DNA of 55,033 nucleotides, filler included, from Gonapodya sp. JEL0774 (taxonomy: Eukaryota), in the NCBI GenBank assembly GCA_027604505.1. It is 2 parts of 2 records of this genome, joined end to end, with 100 filler letters (N's around TTAATTAATTAA, not from the genome) between each part and the next. Parts side by side here need not be neighbours in the genome. Positions count along the whole stretch, not along the records: positions 1 to 27,721 come from JADIIX010000214.1; 1 more part is not named here. One strand, given 5' to 3'. Positions 1 through 11,997 of this stretch are shown in pieces. Each line of letters begins with the position of its first letter. Positions within the stretch are counted from its first letter, which is position 1. The notes under the pieces are model-generated. The model had not been told where the DNA came from, did not search any database, and saw nothing but the letters and a program-made list of their open reading frames with translations. The position numbers were made by a program, and so were the translations under genes.

Positions 1-467
1 TTCTCATCTGGGGTGTGGCAAAGCATCCGAAGCAGGGACCACCCCATATGGGGTGCCCCAGAATTCTGTTATCCGATGTGCTGCTGTCTCTTCGCGTCCC
101 CTTCCCTCCCCTCGCCACCGCCAGCGCTGGGACAGAAGGGAACGGATATGTCCCCTTCCAACGCTTTCGGCTCCACTTCTCTGCAGTCCGCTCATCAAAC
201 CAGCCACGGTAGTAGGCGATCCTCCACCCGATTCGCATCCGCGGCTGCATCCATCAATACCTTGACAACCTCCGAATTTGCGTACAGAATCCCTAAAGCC
301 AACACCGATTCGCATTCCACAGTGTCCGTTTTCATCTCCGATCCGATCGTACAGGTCAATGTGACCCGCCTCCGTGCGTTCGCGTTCGCCCCTTCATCTA
401 GAAGCTGTCGTACCCGCTCCGCCTGCCCATTTTACACCCTAAGTTGGACGTCTCTTGTGTTTGACAT
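1..467 (-). pseudogene. Decayed ankyrin-repeat (ANK-kinase family) paralogue, 5' part; the locus may continue beyond the left edge
   Basis: Reading from ATG 467 gives MSNTRDVQLRV*NGQAERVRQLLDEGANANARRRVTLTCTIGSEMKTDTVECESVLALGILYANSEVVKVLMDAAADAN. There is an in-frame TAA at 434-432 and a frameshift near 230 before the W-rich segment (WRIAYYRGWFDE...YPFPSVPALAVARGG). Colinear with the copies at 5189 and 31573. Confidence 0.75.
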
Positions 468-830
468 GGCAGTTCTCGATCGGATTTTTGTGATGTTTTG
501 GTTTGTTTGCAGTGTCAGTCGTTGCTGCTGTGCTGGGCTTTCCAAAACCCCGCCATGAGCCCCGAAGCACGCTCATTCTAATTTGATGATCAAGTCTCGG
601 TATTGTATTGCGCACATAAAATAGACGTCTTCACCGCCCCTGCTCCCGGGGTCGGTTTCATTCCAAATGGATTTCCCGTTTCGTTCCCGTTTGTCCCGCC
701 TCCCACACGCTCTCCCTCCTGGTAGCCTCCCATGGGAGTACTGACCAAAATTAGTCTTCCCAAGGAGACCCGCCTGCTCTACTGAGTCCCGGTCTCCCGC
801 CGCCCCTTGTTGCCTCGGCAGCCCCCCCGG
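468..830. repeat. 5' flank duplicated with the 5' flank of the second ANK paralogue (~5190-5520)
   Basis: Shared blocks: tattgtattgcgcacataaaatagac vs tattgtattgcgtacataatatagaa, and cctgctcccggggtcg...tccaaatgga vs cctgctcccggtgtcg...tccaaatgaa. Confidence 0.7.
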
Positions 831-3800
831 CCCCTCATCCACCCCTCGGCCACCCCTTCAGACCACACGTTGGCCCACCTTCGCTGCTCCCTCGCCCTTC
901 ACTCCCCTCCCACCACTCCCACCCACGACCCCGACCGCCCGGTGACCGCCCATCGCCTTGCTCTCCCGTGGGGACCTCACCTGTATCCCACCGGGGGCTG
1001 TTCCATACGTCCGAGTTTCCATGCCTGTAACGATCCCGCCCCGCTTCATGTCAGACGCATCCCGCGCCAGATAACACTGGTGCCGATGCCCGCCCTGCTT
1101 GACTGTTTCTCGGCAAAACAATCAGCAATTCAACTCCCCGGATAGAGCCTTCCGTCTAGCCAGACGCCTATCATAATGCCACTGTTCAGAGAGCTCCCGT
1201 CTCACGTATCCCGTGGTCGTTTCCTTTTGGCGTCCGTTCGCGTTCTCGCCTGCGACTCCACCCTATCCGCACCACGCTCTTACAGGCACTCCATTCCACC
1301 CTACACGCTGCGTCCACACCTATGTCTCCACTCAGATCCCGCGAACCTATCACGTTGTTTTGTTCCAGGGGTCGAGTGCGCATCGGCCTGCTTTTGAACA
1401 CCTGCATACTCGGAATGCCCACACGCTCACTACGGCCTCCTGCTCCCCATCACCATCACACTCACATCACGATGATCCCTGTCTCGTATCCTCTGTCTAT
1501 CTCCACTTCTTCTTCCGCATCCCGTTTCTCCGTCTCCGTCTTCCTTCAGGACGACGGGAGTGTCAGGTGTGAACGAGCGGTAACGGGAACAATGAGTTTT
1601 GAACAGACAGTGTGAAGAAGGCTACGAGGTAAAGACGTGGCGAATGGAGGGAGGACCAGGAGGACGGGGTTGTTGGCATTCTCCGCTTCTCCTCGATATC
1701 ATCAAACGGTGTCCTCTGCCCATCCGTGCTGTATCGCCACTGCGGTTTGTTTCCTCCTGGACACCTCCCGCCATATCCGTCGGACGGGGAGGCGCAATCG
1801 GTGTTGGCGACGAAGAAGGGAACTGAGCAGTAGAGCGACATAGCGGGTGTAGATCACGATAGTTGACATTCCACGACGCACCTATGGTTTCTTTGCTTGC
1901 GTCAATGAAACGTAGCGCGCCGGTCAACCATTACCATTTATACCCAGTGGCTCGCGGGTGAGGAAAGATCGTGCCGGAGGACTTGCCACGAAAGTGAGTG
2001 GCATTCGGTGCGGAGTGTATGTAAAAGGATAAGACGTAGATCAATGTGAGAAACACGGCAGCTTAACTTCACCCCGTCTTTTCTCAGGGCGGGCGGACGT
2101 CGCCATGGAATGGAGTTCCGCTTGGTTCCCCTCCGTCCGCTATCACCGCCCACCCTCGACAGCACTCGCTGCTCCACCCCCACGGCCCACCGTATTCAAT
2201 TCTTGTTACACGCGTAGTGACGACGACCAGCAGCCAACGTCACGTCCTCCATCTCTACCTCACTCAATTTACCTGTCACCGGAACCATTGGGCCAGTAAG
2301 CGTCCCGTTTCCACAACCTAGTAGTCCTGACATGCCTGATAGACGGAGAGGGTCGGTCGAGAAAAGGGATGCTCGGTGCTCATTTGACCACTGGCGGAGT
2401 GGAGGCAGGACTCGGGAGGGGAGGGAGAAGTAACTGAGGATACGGAAATGGAGGAGGATGAAGGCGGGGAGAGGAACAAAGAAGAGGTTCGAGAGGTGAG
2501 GTTGAGAGATGGCTCGCATGCAACTCACGCATTCCGTGGTGTTGCGAGCCAGATTTGCGAAGCTAGACAAGGAGGTTGGGGTGGCGGATATGAGAACCAC
2601 CGGTGAGAAACCTATCCCGAATTTGAGAGAGAAGCCTCAGCAACGAGGGGAGGAAAGAGACGGGTGACTAGGAGAGGAGGTTTGCGCACCTTTATTTTTT
2701 TTTTTGCATCCCCTCCTGTGATCGTGTTCCATGTATCCATTCTTCCGCCATTCTAAAGCGCTGAATTTACACATGTCCGAAAGTGCTCATGTAGCAGTAC
2801 CTACTGATAAGACCAGAATTCAACGGGTATGGATTCTGTTTGCGAGCCACTGCACTCACCATTCGCTCAGAAGTGCGACCAGTGCAGAGCCCCGCTCACT
2901 CCACCTCCTCGACTTAGTAGTTACCACGACGAGTGATACAAAGCGACATTTGATCGAGAAGGAGGTAGGTCGAGGAAATGCCTGTACTGTGGAGACGGAG
3001 AAAAATTCCGTCTGCCATGTCTGCCAGGCATTACTCGTCCACTTCCTTGGTCTATTCCGGAGAAACTTGCAGTTGTGATTTGCGATAGCGCAACATAACA
3101 GTCTGCTCACCAATTCAAGTGTGAGTTCGATAAAACTGTAGGGGAAGAGCTTGGCGCACCCATCCATCCACGCTTCCAAAAGGGTGACGCTGCACCGAAT
3201 AGCGCGGAGCCCGTCGATGAACAGCCTTGCTCGCGAGAACGAGGGGGGAGGATGTATCACTGAGTCGATTGAACAGTCCTAGGAGGACCTCCATAAACCA
3301 AGTTCAGAGCACAGAAAGTCCAAAGAGGGAAAGTTTACGAGAGGTTATCTCCACAATCCTCGAGCCTGTTAACGGAGAGCTGTCCTCAGCGGTACATTGC
3401 TTCCCTGTCCGATGATCGCCCGATCCCGTGGTAACCACGATGTCTCCGACATTCCATCGCTTGTTCATGATCGACATCGAAATCCTCTTCCATTTGCGAT
3501 CCGTTTTCGATCTGTCCCATTGAAAAGCATGTGTATCAAGAAATCGGTTGTGTGATCACTTGCCAAGCACACTGCCAATATGTACCTCGACAGAGCGACA
3601 CCACGAGAAGCGCCAACCTTCTCCACCGCCTCGTAATCTGTAAAAATCTTCGAGGCGGGTACTAGATATGATATCCCGTCTATTGGGCGAATGTAAGTCC
3701 CGTCTTGACCGGAAGTCCACACGCCGGAATGTTACAGCCTGCAACAGCGGCATGGACGGATCAGCGAGACAAATGAGAAGATTCAAGAGCAATGACTGAT

Positions 3801-3932
3801 TACGAATTATTTCATTATTTGGAACTGATAACAACTCACAACATAGAAAATGTGTGATACAATACTAGTCCAAGAATGTCCAATTCAACTCCTCAAAACT
3901 ATCTTCCCATCTCAGATCCCACGAAACACCAC

Positions 3933-5189
3933 TCACTCCAACATCTCCCTAATCTCCCTGAGCCGATTCAAAATGTCCCTAAACTTGGGCCTCATTGCAG
4001 GTAATGATCCCAGCATTCCTCCACCAGCTGCTCCAAAGCATCTGGCATGTTGTCGGACTCCAATATCAAGGGCAGTAGTCTTTGCTTTCTGTCAACAATA
4101 AATGAGAGTGGGAGGCCATTAAACTCACCGTAGGGGATACGTTGAGTCCAGATCTAGGAGCATGGTGAGATATTTGAAAGGGATCATGATTAGCCCTCAA
4201 TGACAATTCAAAGTTGAAATATCCAAGAGATCTCACTCGAAACACTGTCACTCCAAAAGCGTAAACGTCCCCTTCTTTTGTTGCCCCACCTCCAACCAAC
4301 CTCTCTGGTGGCAAGTCCCAAACCGCATTCCAGTTGCTTCAGAAGGAGGTAAATCCAAAATTTTCGTAGTCCCAAAGTCTGTGACCAAAGTGGTGTGATC
4401 ATCATCCAAAAGGTTGTTTTGAGGTTTGAGATCTGCATGCATATTGTTTCGGACATCATGGAGGTACACCATGCCAGCAGCAATGTCACAGAGCTTGTGG
4501 TAACAATATGACAGTTAACCTTTGATCACAACCGATAACATCTGCTGAAGGTCAACAGGGTTAGATTGATGGTCTTGGAGTATCTGCAGGAGACATCCAT
4601 CTGGCCATTTACCCGCAGCTTGCCCCGTGACCACAGCACCGTGAGAGAGGAGGAGCCGCACGATGGGGAGGGAAGGGTGAAGAGTGAAGGGAGAGATGAA
4701 GGCGTCCTTGATCTCCTTGGGATCATTCAACTGGATGTGTGTTTCCTCCCTTGTGACTGATCACCAGGGTGTTGTCAGAGGATGGTAAATCGCCGCTCCT
4801 GCCGCTCCTACACCACTTCCCCCCCCTCGCCACCGCCAGCGTCAGGGCAGAAGGGAACAAATACGTCCATCCCCAACGCTCCCTATTCCACGTGACCGAA
4901 GTCCACGATGACCAGTAGTCTGCAAGTTTCCATTCACACACCCATTCGCATCAGCTCCTTCTTCCAGCAACGCCTTGACAACGTCCTCGTTTGCATGCAG
5001 AATCGCCAACGCCAACACCGATTCGCAGTCCTCAGAGTCCGTTTTCGTTTCTCGCCCGATCGTGCAGGTCAATGACGTCACGCCCTTCTGTGTGTTCGGG
5101 TTCGCCCCTTCACCGAACAGCAGCCGGACTCGCTGCGCCTGCCCGTTTGCCGCAGCCTCGATCTGTTGGATATCGCGAGGAGTAGACAT
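3933..5189 (-). pseudogene. Decayed ankyrin-repeat + TKL protein kinase
   Basis: ANK N-terminus MSTPRDIQQIEAAANGQAQRVRLLFGEGANPN...ESVLALAILHANEDVVKALLEEGADANG, then a frameshift near 4940. Next come PIVRLLLSHGAVVT and a kinase C-lobe: DIAAGMVYLH, HADLKPQN, DFG, frameshift near 4320, PPER...ATKEGDVYAFG, DALEQLVEECW, RPKFRDILNRLREI. No GxGxxG or VAVK N-lobe was found. Confidence 0.75.
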
Positions 5190-5679
5190 GGCGGTTTCTG
5201 GCCGGATTGTCGTGACGTTGTTCTGCGTTAGCGTTTTGGGTTTGTTGTGTGACCAGCTGCGCCAACAAGGCTTTCTGAACACCACCACAAACAGCGAGGA
5301 GAGCCTGTAAATTCTTGATACATTCTCTATATTGTATTGCGTACATAATATAGAATTGTCCGCTATTCCTGCTCCCGGTGTCGTGCCACTCCAAATGAAT
5401 CGTTCCAGTTTGCCTCCCCTCCAAGGCGCTTCATCCCCCAGGGACCCCCACAACGCAGAAGTCACAAGCTTCCGTCTTTACTAAACTCCCGACCTTTCCC
5501 CCGCCCCATCGGACCCCCTTTCAGCCGCCCACTCACACCAAATATGCAGCAAAGTACCCTCATACGTCTATGAACACACGGGCTGTAAAGCTAATAACTT
5601 TGTCTTTTCATTTCTCTGTGACACAGTAGTAATATATAAATTAGTAGTTTGTTGACCTCATACCAGTGACTATTCCGAA

Positions 5680-8104
5680 TCAATCTTGCACTCTTCCAGC
5701 ACGAACTCCGGATCCATACCACAAATTTGGCTCTCCACCCACATTATTTTCCGGAGGATATGGACTACCTCCATGAACTGCTCTGTCACTATAAGCCGTC
5801 GCTGCCTGAGCATAAACACTGGACTTCGTCACCCTACGTGACTTTGGCTGTCTGGATTCTATTCGGCGTGAGGTGAGCATGAACTCATCGCTGGGACTCG
5901 CTAGATTTCTCGGGGGGTCCACCCCAAGGTCCAGATAATCACTGTTAAGTGTCAGTTGAGGAGACAGCCAGGGTTGGTCAGGTCCACATGCTGACCAAAA
6001 AAAAACAACGAAACACGAAGCTACCCACAGCGGCATTTGACCAGATCTTCCCATGTCCAAGTTAGTCGCCAGTGCCCAACCGTCGCGGAATATTGTGTGG
6101 AGCTGGACGTGTGTATCACCAGGGATGTTCAGCTCATCGTCCATTCGAGCAACGTACTAGTATGAAAGAAGGACAATGTTCCTTGTATTAAACAAAGTAC
6201 GAGAACATGAGCACAAGCCACGAACACTCACATCGCGAGTAGTGACGTACACAGGATTCGGTTCCGGAAGATTCATTGAGGGAGCATTGGCGTAGGCTGC
6301 TCCCGCCAGATAAGTAAACCCCCAGTGAGGAGGATATACAGGTGCGCTGGGAGTCAACTGATCACAAACGATTGAGAACTCACTCCAGGGAAGCACGACG
6401 ATTTGCTACGCACGTTACTGGAGTTCTGAGATGACATCGACCGCGATCCGGAACTTCTCTGCCACTCTTCTTCCATGCCAAAGTTGATGGATTGCGCCGG
6501 GGTGAAAACTGCCGATTGCCCAATCATAATGTCTTCCGACGACTGGGGATGATACCGCAGAGAACCCGATCCGGAGTACGAAGGGGGGACGGGAGAGACG
6601 ACAGTGGGCAAATTGGATGACGTGAGATATTTGGACGAGTGTGGAGAGATGTCTTCCCCCATGGGATGGTACATGTCCGAATTGGGTGGTCGAGCAGATT
6701 TTGAGACGGAGTCGGGTCCCTTGAACTGCGATAAGTTAGTGCTGGCTTCATCTAGTAGATAGGCAGATATCAGATAGTGATGCACTTTCAACGATAGGAA
6801 CGATAGACCATGGAGTTACCGTTGAGGTGGACGTGTCCGTTTGAACGAGACTTTCGAAATACCACGATCACGATTCCGATTGCCACCACTGTAGCCAAGC
6901 CCGCACCCACACCTCCAAGAATAACGCCGAGGTTTGAAGCAGCTGGAGAATCTCCCGTTGGAGCGTTGGGATTCAGCAATTTCGAGTCCGATCCCGGGGA
7001 GGTGGAGGCAGAAGGGCCAGCTGAACTGCCCAAGGGCACAGAGAGTGTTGGTGCAGCGCTACCTGTGTTGACTCCAGCAGAAGTGCTAGAGAGCAGGCTC
7101 GCGGAAGGCGCGGCAGGACCGAGAGCACCGCCTGATGAGCCTGTTGGAACCGGCGATGAAGAGGTGGTCGATTCAGCTGGACTGTTGGAATCCGATCTTG
7201 TTGCGGCCATCGTGTCTGAGGAAGGCGGCGGGGGAATCAATGCAGACGTAGCAATTGCTGTGTTGGTTGGTGTTGGTGGAGGTAGCGCGGGCGGCGGGGT
7301 TGGGGGTGGTGGTGGTGGGGGTGGAGGGCACGAAACGGGCAGGGTTCCACAAAGAGCTGGATAATTATTTTTGCAGGTGGTCTGATGTTGTCGGTGTATT
7401 TGTGGTTTGTTTGAGGGCGCAAAGCGGCAGCGGCTGACAGCAACGATAGTACTCACGAGACCTGCATTGCCCGAGATCGAACACACTGCTGCAGCTCCCG
7501 ATCCCACTCCAGCCGGTATTAATCCATCCACGTTCCCATAGAATGCGTTATTGCTGGCCTTGAACTGTTTGAGGGCCGGCAGTCCGCTAAGGTCCGGCAG
7601 CGACCCGGCCAAGGAGTTGTCACTCAGATCAATCGCGTATAAAACATTGAGCCCAGCAAAGACGTTCGGGTTGACAGTGCCGCTGAATCCGTTACTCAGA
7701 GCGGCGAAGAAAGTGAGGCGGACAAGACTTGACAACGAGTTGGGGAAAGCAGAATTGAACAAGACTTTGTTCTACACCGATGACATTTCATGAAGAATTC
7801 CCGAGAAGCATTTCCGAGAAGCATTTATTGTGCGAATAAGTCAGTTGCTTAACTAGAGAGAAAAATCTTCACGATCACTCACGAAGTTGATCCCGGTGAC
7901 GTGGCCGTCTGAATCACAGGATACACCCGGATAGAAGGATGGGCTCTGCCCGATTTCTGTACAGCAGTAGCCCGTGCCTGGAGTGGACCAGGTCTTGCCC
8001 GCTGCGGAGAACATGGCCTCGACCACCGCACATTCGGAGGCAATGCCTTGGGTGTTGGCGCGGGCGAGGGGGAGGAACAGGGCGAGGATGAGGATCACAT
8101 TCAT
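5680..8104 (-). CDS. Single-pass receptor-like protein: signal peptide, plant-type LRRNT + LRRs, Pro/Ser/Thr stalk, TM helix, cytoplasmic SH3 domain (about 7 exons)
   Basis: Signal peptide MNVILILALFLPLARA; cap CC...PGVSCDSDGHVTGI; LRRs LSNGFSGTV, IDLSDNSLAGSLPDLSGLPALKQFKASNNAFYG; poly-Pro and S/T stalk; TM VILGGVGAGLATVVAIGIVIVVF-RK. Splicing introns 6231-6157 and 6028-5942 gives YVTTRDYVARMDDELNIPGDTHVQLHTIFRDGWALATNLDMGRSGQMPLDYL, an SH3 signature. Confidence 0.8.
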
Positions 8105-8573
8105 CACGCACAGCGAAAGCGCCAGGCGCCGGCAGAGGAGAAAAGCTTTCAAAATTTTATATTCTTTTGCCCTGTGATTCTCAAACTGGAAAGTGGACCC
8201 TTCTTGTTCCCCGTTCACCATGAGGGCGTGAGCGGAGCCTCTCCTCCAGATCGCTATACGTAATATGTTGTATGTTAGTTGGTAATCCAAGCAGTGACGG
8301 ATTAACGTCTTCTTAGGCTTGATTGATAGCACTCCGGTCTAGCAGGCGTTTGTAATTGTGTTCTTCCATTGGTATCACATAGATCTTGGTCTGTTTCAGT
8401 GATCCTATATAAAAGACGGGACACCGTGGCACAGGAACATCAGCTTCACGCCACACGGAGGGTATTTTCCCAGTTCTACTTTGTTCTTTCGTCACATTCA
8501 CAATGTGATATCTACAAGGACCAAAGTTAGCGCTCAACAACCCCAAATTCCCTCCCGGTCTGCAAGTTCATCG

Positions 8574-9826
8574 TCAATTTCCCCCGGTCATTTTGAGCGA
8601 GTGCTCCCACACTTTGTCGATGGCCTCGGCTGTTCCGTACTTGAGCTTTGCCCACTCCTCACCTTTGGGACTGGTCAAGTGCCAGTTCTTCCCATGCGAG
8701 TTCACGGAGTTGCGACCTGGCTCAGTTAACACATAGGCTGCCATTTGGCCAAAGTCCTCCTCCTTCGTACCAATGAGCTTCCCAATTAGCCAAAGGGGCG
8801 CGCGGGCATACCAAGGCAAGTCGCGGGCGAGGTTGGTGGCTACAGCACCGGGTGACCTGGTGCAGTACATCATGAATGAGTAGTCACATTCGGACCATCT
8901 AGCCACAACACCCACATGTGGGTGAATGTAATATTTGGATACATTGAAGCGAATTTCTCAACCATTGCGTCGTTGTAATTGGAAGCCAAGCTAGCCGCAG
9001 CCTCAAGAGAGTAAGATTTTTTGAGATCCATGTCGTCAAACTTGATGTTACTGGAAGCATAAGTAGGTGCCATGATGGAAAGCACGTGTGGGCGGAGCTC
9101 TCGCTCTGGGCGATTTGACGTGGCCTGCAGCAAGGGAAGGAACTCGCGAATGAGGAGAAAGCGGGAATAGTAGTGTACTGCCAATTTTGTGTCTAAAGGA
9201 ATGCAGCCAAACATGAATCTTGTATCATAGCTTAACAGCTACGGGCGCAAATGGGAAAAGGCGTCGGACACCCACCTATGCCATCAGACGATTCCACACG
9301 TCCCGACATTCTCATCACACCTGCACTGACAACCAGAAAATCCAGCCTATCACGCTTCCGCTTGACTTCCTCGGCAAACCGGTGGACCTCCTTCTGCTCC
9401 GTAAAGTCCAAAGCTACAAAGTCATGATTTCCGTCCGGGTTGAGTTTCTTCATCTCCTCGAGTATCTGCGCTGCTGCTGCAGCGTTACGGCCTCCGATTG
9501 TTACAGATGCGCCCATGTCAGCAAGGGCGAGAGCCGCCTGTCACGCGCAGGGAAGCAAGGACGTTGGCAAGGGGTCAGACTGGAGTGATCATCTTCCCCT
9601 CCGTCTCACTGATGGTGGATCAGCAGCAAATATGGGAACTCACGGCCCTTCCGACACCAGAAGTGCCCCCTAAAAATGGGATACCGAATGCCGGATGAGT
9701 AATAATGGAATGATGAGCTCGATCATGACGCAGATGCCCACCAACCGCAACCGCGACAGCTCCTTTCAGCTTCCGTGAAGATTTGATTTGGGCATTCGCA
9801 GTCAACGCAACAGAAAGCTGTACCAT
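8574..9826 (-). CDS. Short-chain dehydrogenase/reductase (retinol-dehydrogenase/WWOX-like subfamily), multi-exon
   Basis: MVQLSVALTANAQIK; Rossmann motif FLGGTSGVGRA; LADMGASVTIGGRN; DRLDFLVVSAG; LAVHYYSRFLLIREFLPLL; PGAVATNL; C-terminal KVWEHS. Confidence 0.85.
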
Positions 9827-9975
9827 TCTCGTGCTTCGCGGGGAGACCAATGGAATACGTATTTATTTCACCGTCAACTTCAACGTGTCATCCGGACGGA
9901 AATGTTTCGGAGAAATCCAGAAAGTGCGTGCACATTTTAGGTCACTCGCAACTCGAACTTCTGACCTTCGCCACC

Positions 9976-11570
9976 ATGTCAAACGTGCAGCAGAAGCAGA
10001 AATCACCCGTCGTTCTTATCACTGGATGTTCCAATGGAGGAATCGGATCGGGGCTTGCGAGGGAGTTCGCGGCAAGGTTTGTAACGTAGTTCTTCACATT
10101 ACATTACTACTGTGAATGTACTTTGTTGACCCTCACCTGGCATTCGCGTTCTCCAATTTTCCATTCATAAGAGGAGCTTTCGTTTACGCGACGGCTAGAC
10201 GCCTTGAAGTGCGCTCTTGTCATTTGAATCGCATGCCGGTCGATTCTATGGTATCAAATCATATCTGAAACCTGCTCCGAAACCATTTCCTCGGTCAGGC
10301 TATGTCGGAACTTTCAGATCTACAGAACGTCACCTGCCTTGTCATGGACATTTCCCGAAAAGAATCGGTCCAACTGGCGATGGACGAGGTCTTCGCGAAA
10401 GAGGGCCGTGTCGATTACTGCATAAACAACGCGTAAGCTCCTTGGCCACGTGTCAGGCAATTGAGAAACCTTGAGTTCTGATTATTTTGCTTTGTATTTC
10501 TTTTCAGTGCATTTGGCCTCGCCCCGTCACCACTTGTAGAAACCAACATCCAGTCGATGCGAGACATGTTCGAGACGAACGGTATGTCTGACGTGTTCGT
10601 TCTGTACTGAGCTGCTGCATACTGGGGAAGGAATTGCTCCACGTGAAATTTATTGGTCGCTCGCTTCACCGCCTAGTGTGGGGTACACTCCAAGTCTGCC
10701 GCTCCTTTGTCGAGCACCACGTGCCCACCACCTCCGGCGACTCCAACTCTGTACTCACACCGCCTGTCAAGCTTCTCATCTGCGGCTCATTCTCGTCTCA
10801 ACTGACTCTGCCCTTCACTATTCCCTACTCTGCCTCCAAATACGCGCTCCGATCGTTCGCTTACGGTTTACGCGCTGAGCTATGGCCACTGGGGGTTGAA
10901 GTTTCTTTGGTCGAGTTTGGAAGGGTGAAAACGAAATTTGGAGATAATGTGAAGGAGCCATCCTCGTCGTGGGACGTTCTCGCACTCGGAAGGAGGAGCT
11001 TTTACGAACAAATGAGGTGCGTTCTGTGATGTGGTGGCGTTTAGCGCCAGCCTCTACTTCGGTAGTGAAGAATCGTGGTACTCACTTAATGGCACCTTGT
11101 GTACGTTTCATTCTTACTGCACACGACATGGGTTCTTTTTCTCGTTGCGGGGCCCGGTAGACAAACCATTCTTGACTCCATCCATCCTAAGGATGCACCA
11201 CCACCCGACGAACTTGAGCCTTTTTGCAAAGAGTTTGTCTCAAAAGTGTGGCCTGTGACACGGACATTGCCGAGGGAAATTTGGCTGGTGGGTACCGTGG
11301 CGGCCATTTCGATAAGTCCCTTCATGTCCTGGTGGGAGGAAAGTACATGGTTCGACGAAAGACACAAATATCGCATCTGTGGAGTGTTTGATCAAATTTC
11401 ACGGAGTTCCTTTCCCTAATATAACCGTTTTATCACTTGTTCCATGGTCTTTTACGCAGGGTCGTTCTTCGTTTATGGTGTCCATTTTCACATGGCTGCC
11501 TGGATGGCTCGTGGATTTCTTCACCAAGAAGAGTTTCGGATTGGATAAGCGGATCGGTTGGACGGGGTAG
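9976..11570 (+). CDS. Classical SDR, AYR1 / 17beta-HSD-like oxidoreductase, multi-exon
   Basis: VVLITGCSNGGIGSGLAREFAAR, VYATARR, EGRVDYCINNA, RDMFETN, catalytic YSASK, LRAELWPLGVEVSLVEFGRVKTKF, and C-terminal LPGWLVD...FGL. Confidence 0.88.
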
Positions 11571-11997
11571 AACTGCAAATCAAAATTCGTGCGCCGGCAG
11601 GTGCGGACGACTGAAATCTGGTAATCGGGATTAATGATTACGGATCCCTCATATGACTTCTTTGCTGTAATGAATAAGTATACACGCTGCTGTCAACTAT
11701 TATGCATGCTTGACATGCGCGCGATTTTGTGCACCGACATGATACTTCACGTTCTACTGTCACATAATGTAGCGTAGAAAATCCCTGTCCAAGGTGTTGC
11801 ACTTATGCCGTTACCGCGACGCGACTCCTTCAGCATTCATCATTCGAACGTCTGTGGTCTGGGCGACGAGATAGATGTATTGATGTCATACATGGTCAAC
11901 ATGAGAGGCCAAAGAAATGCGATATAATCAAAATCAACACGCAGTTGATCTACAACTGGATGTATCTGGGATACCAGAGTCCGTTTCACAAGAACCA

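Noticed and set aside
830..3900. Many short ORFs between the two ankyrin pseudogenes, including a CxxC (CHVCQ) near 3010
   Set aside because: No coherent spliced protein, terminal repeats or transposase/RT motifs could be built. Possibly decayed sequence, but unsupported.
7798..7825. Short tandem duplication (ccgagaagcattt x2)
   Set aside because: Two units inside an intron; ordinary slippage, not CRISPR-like or a target-site duplication.
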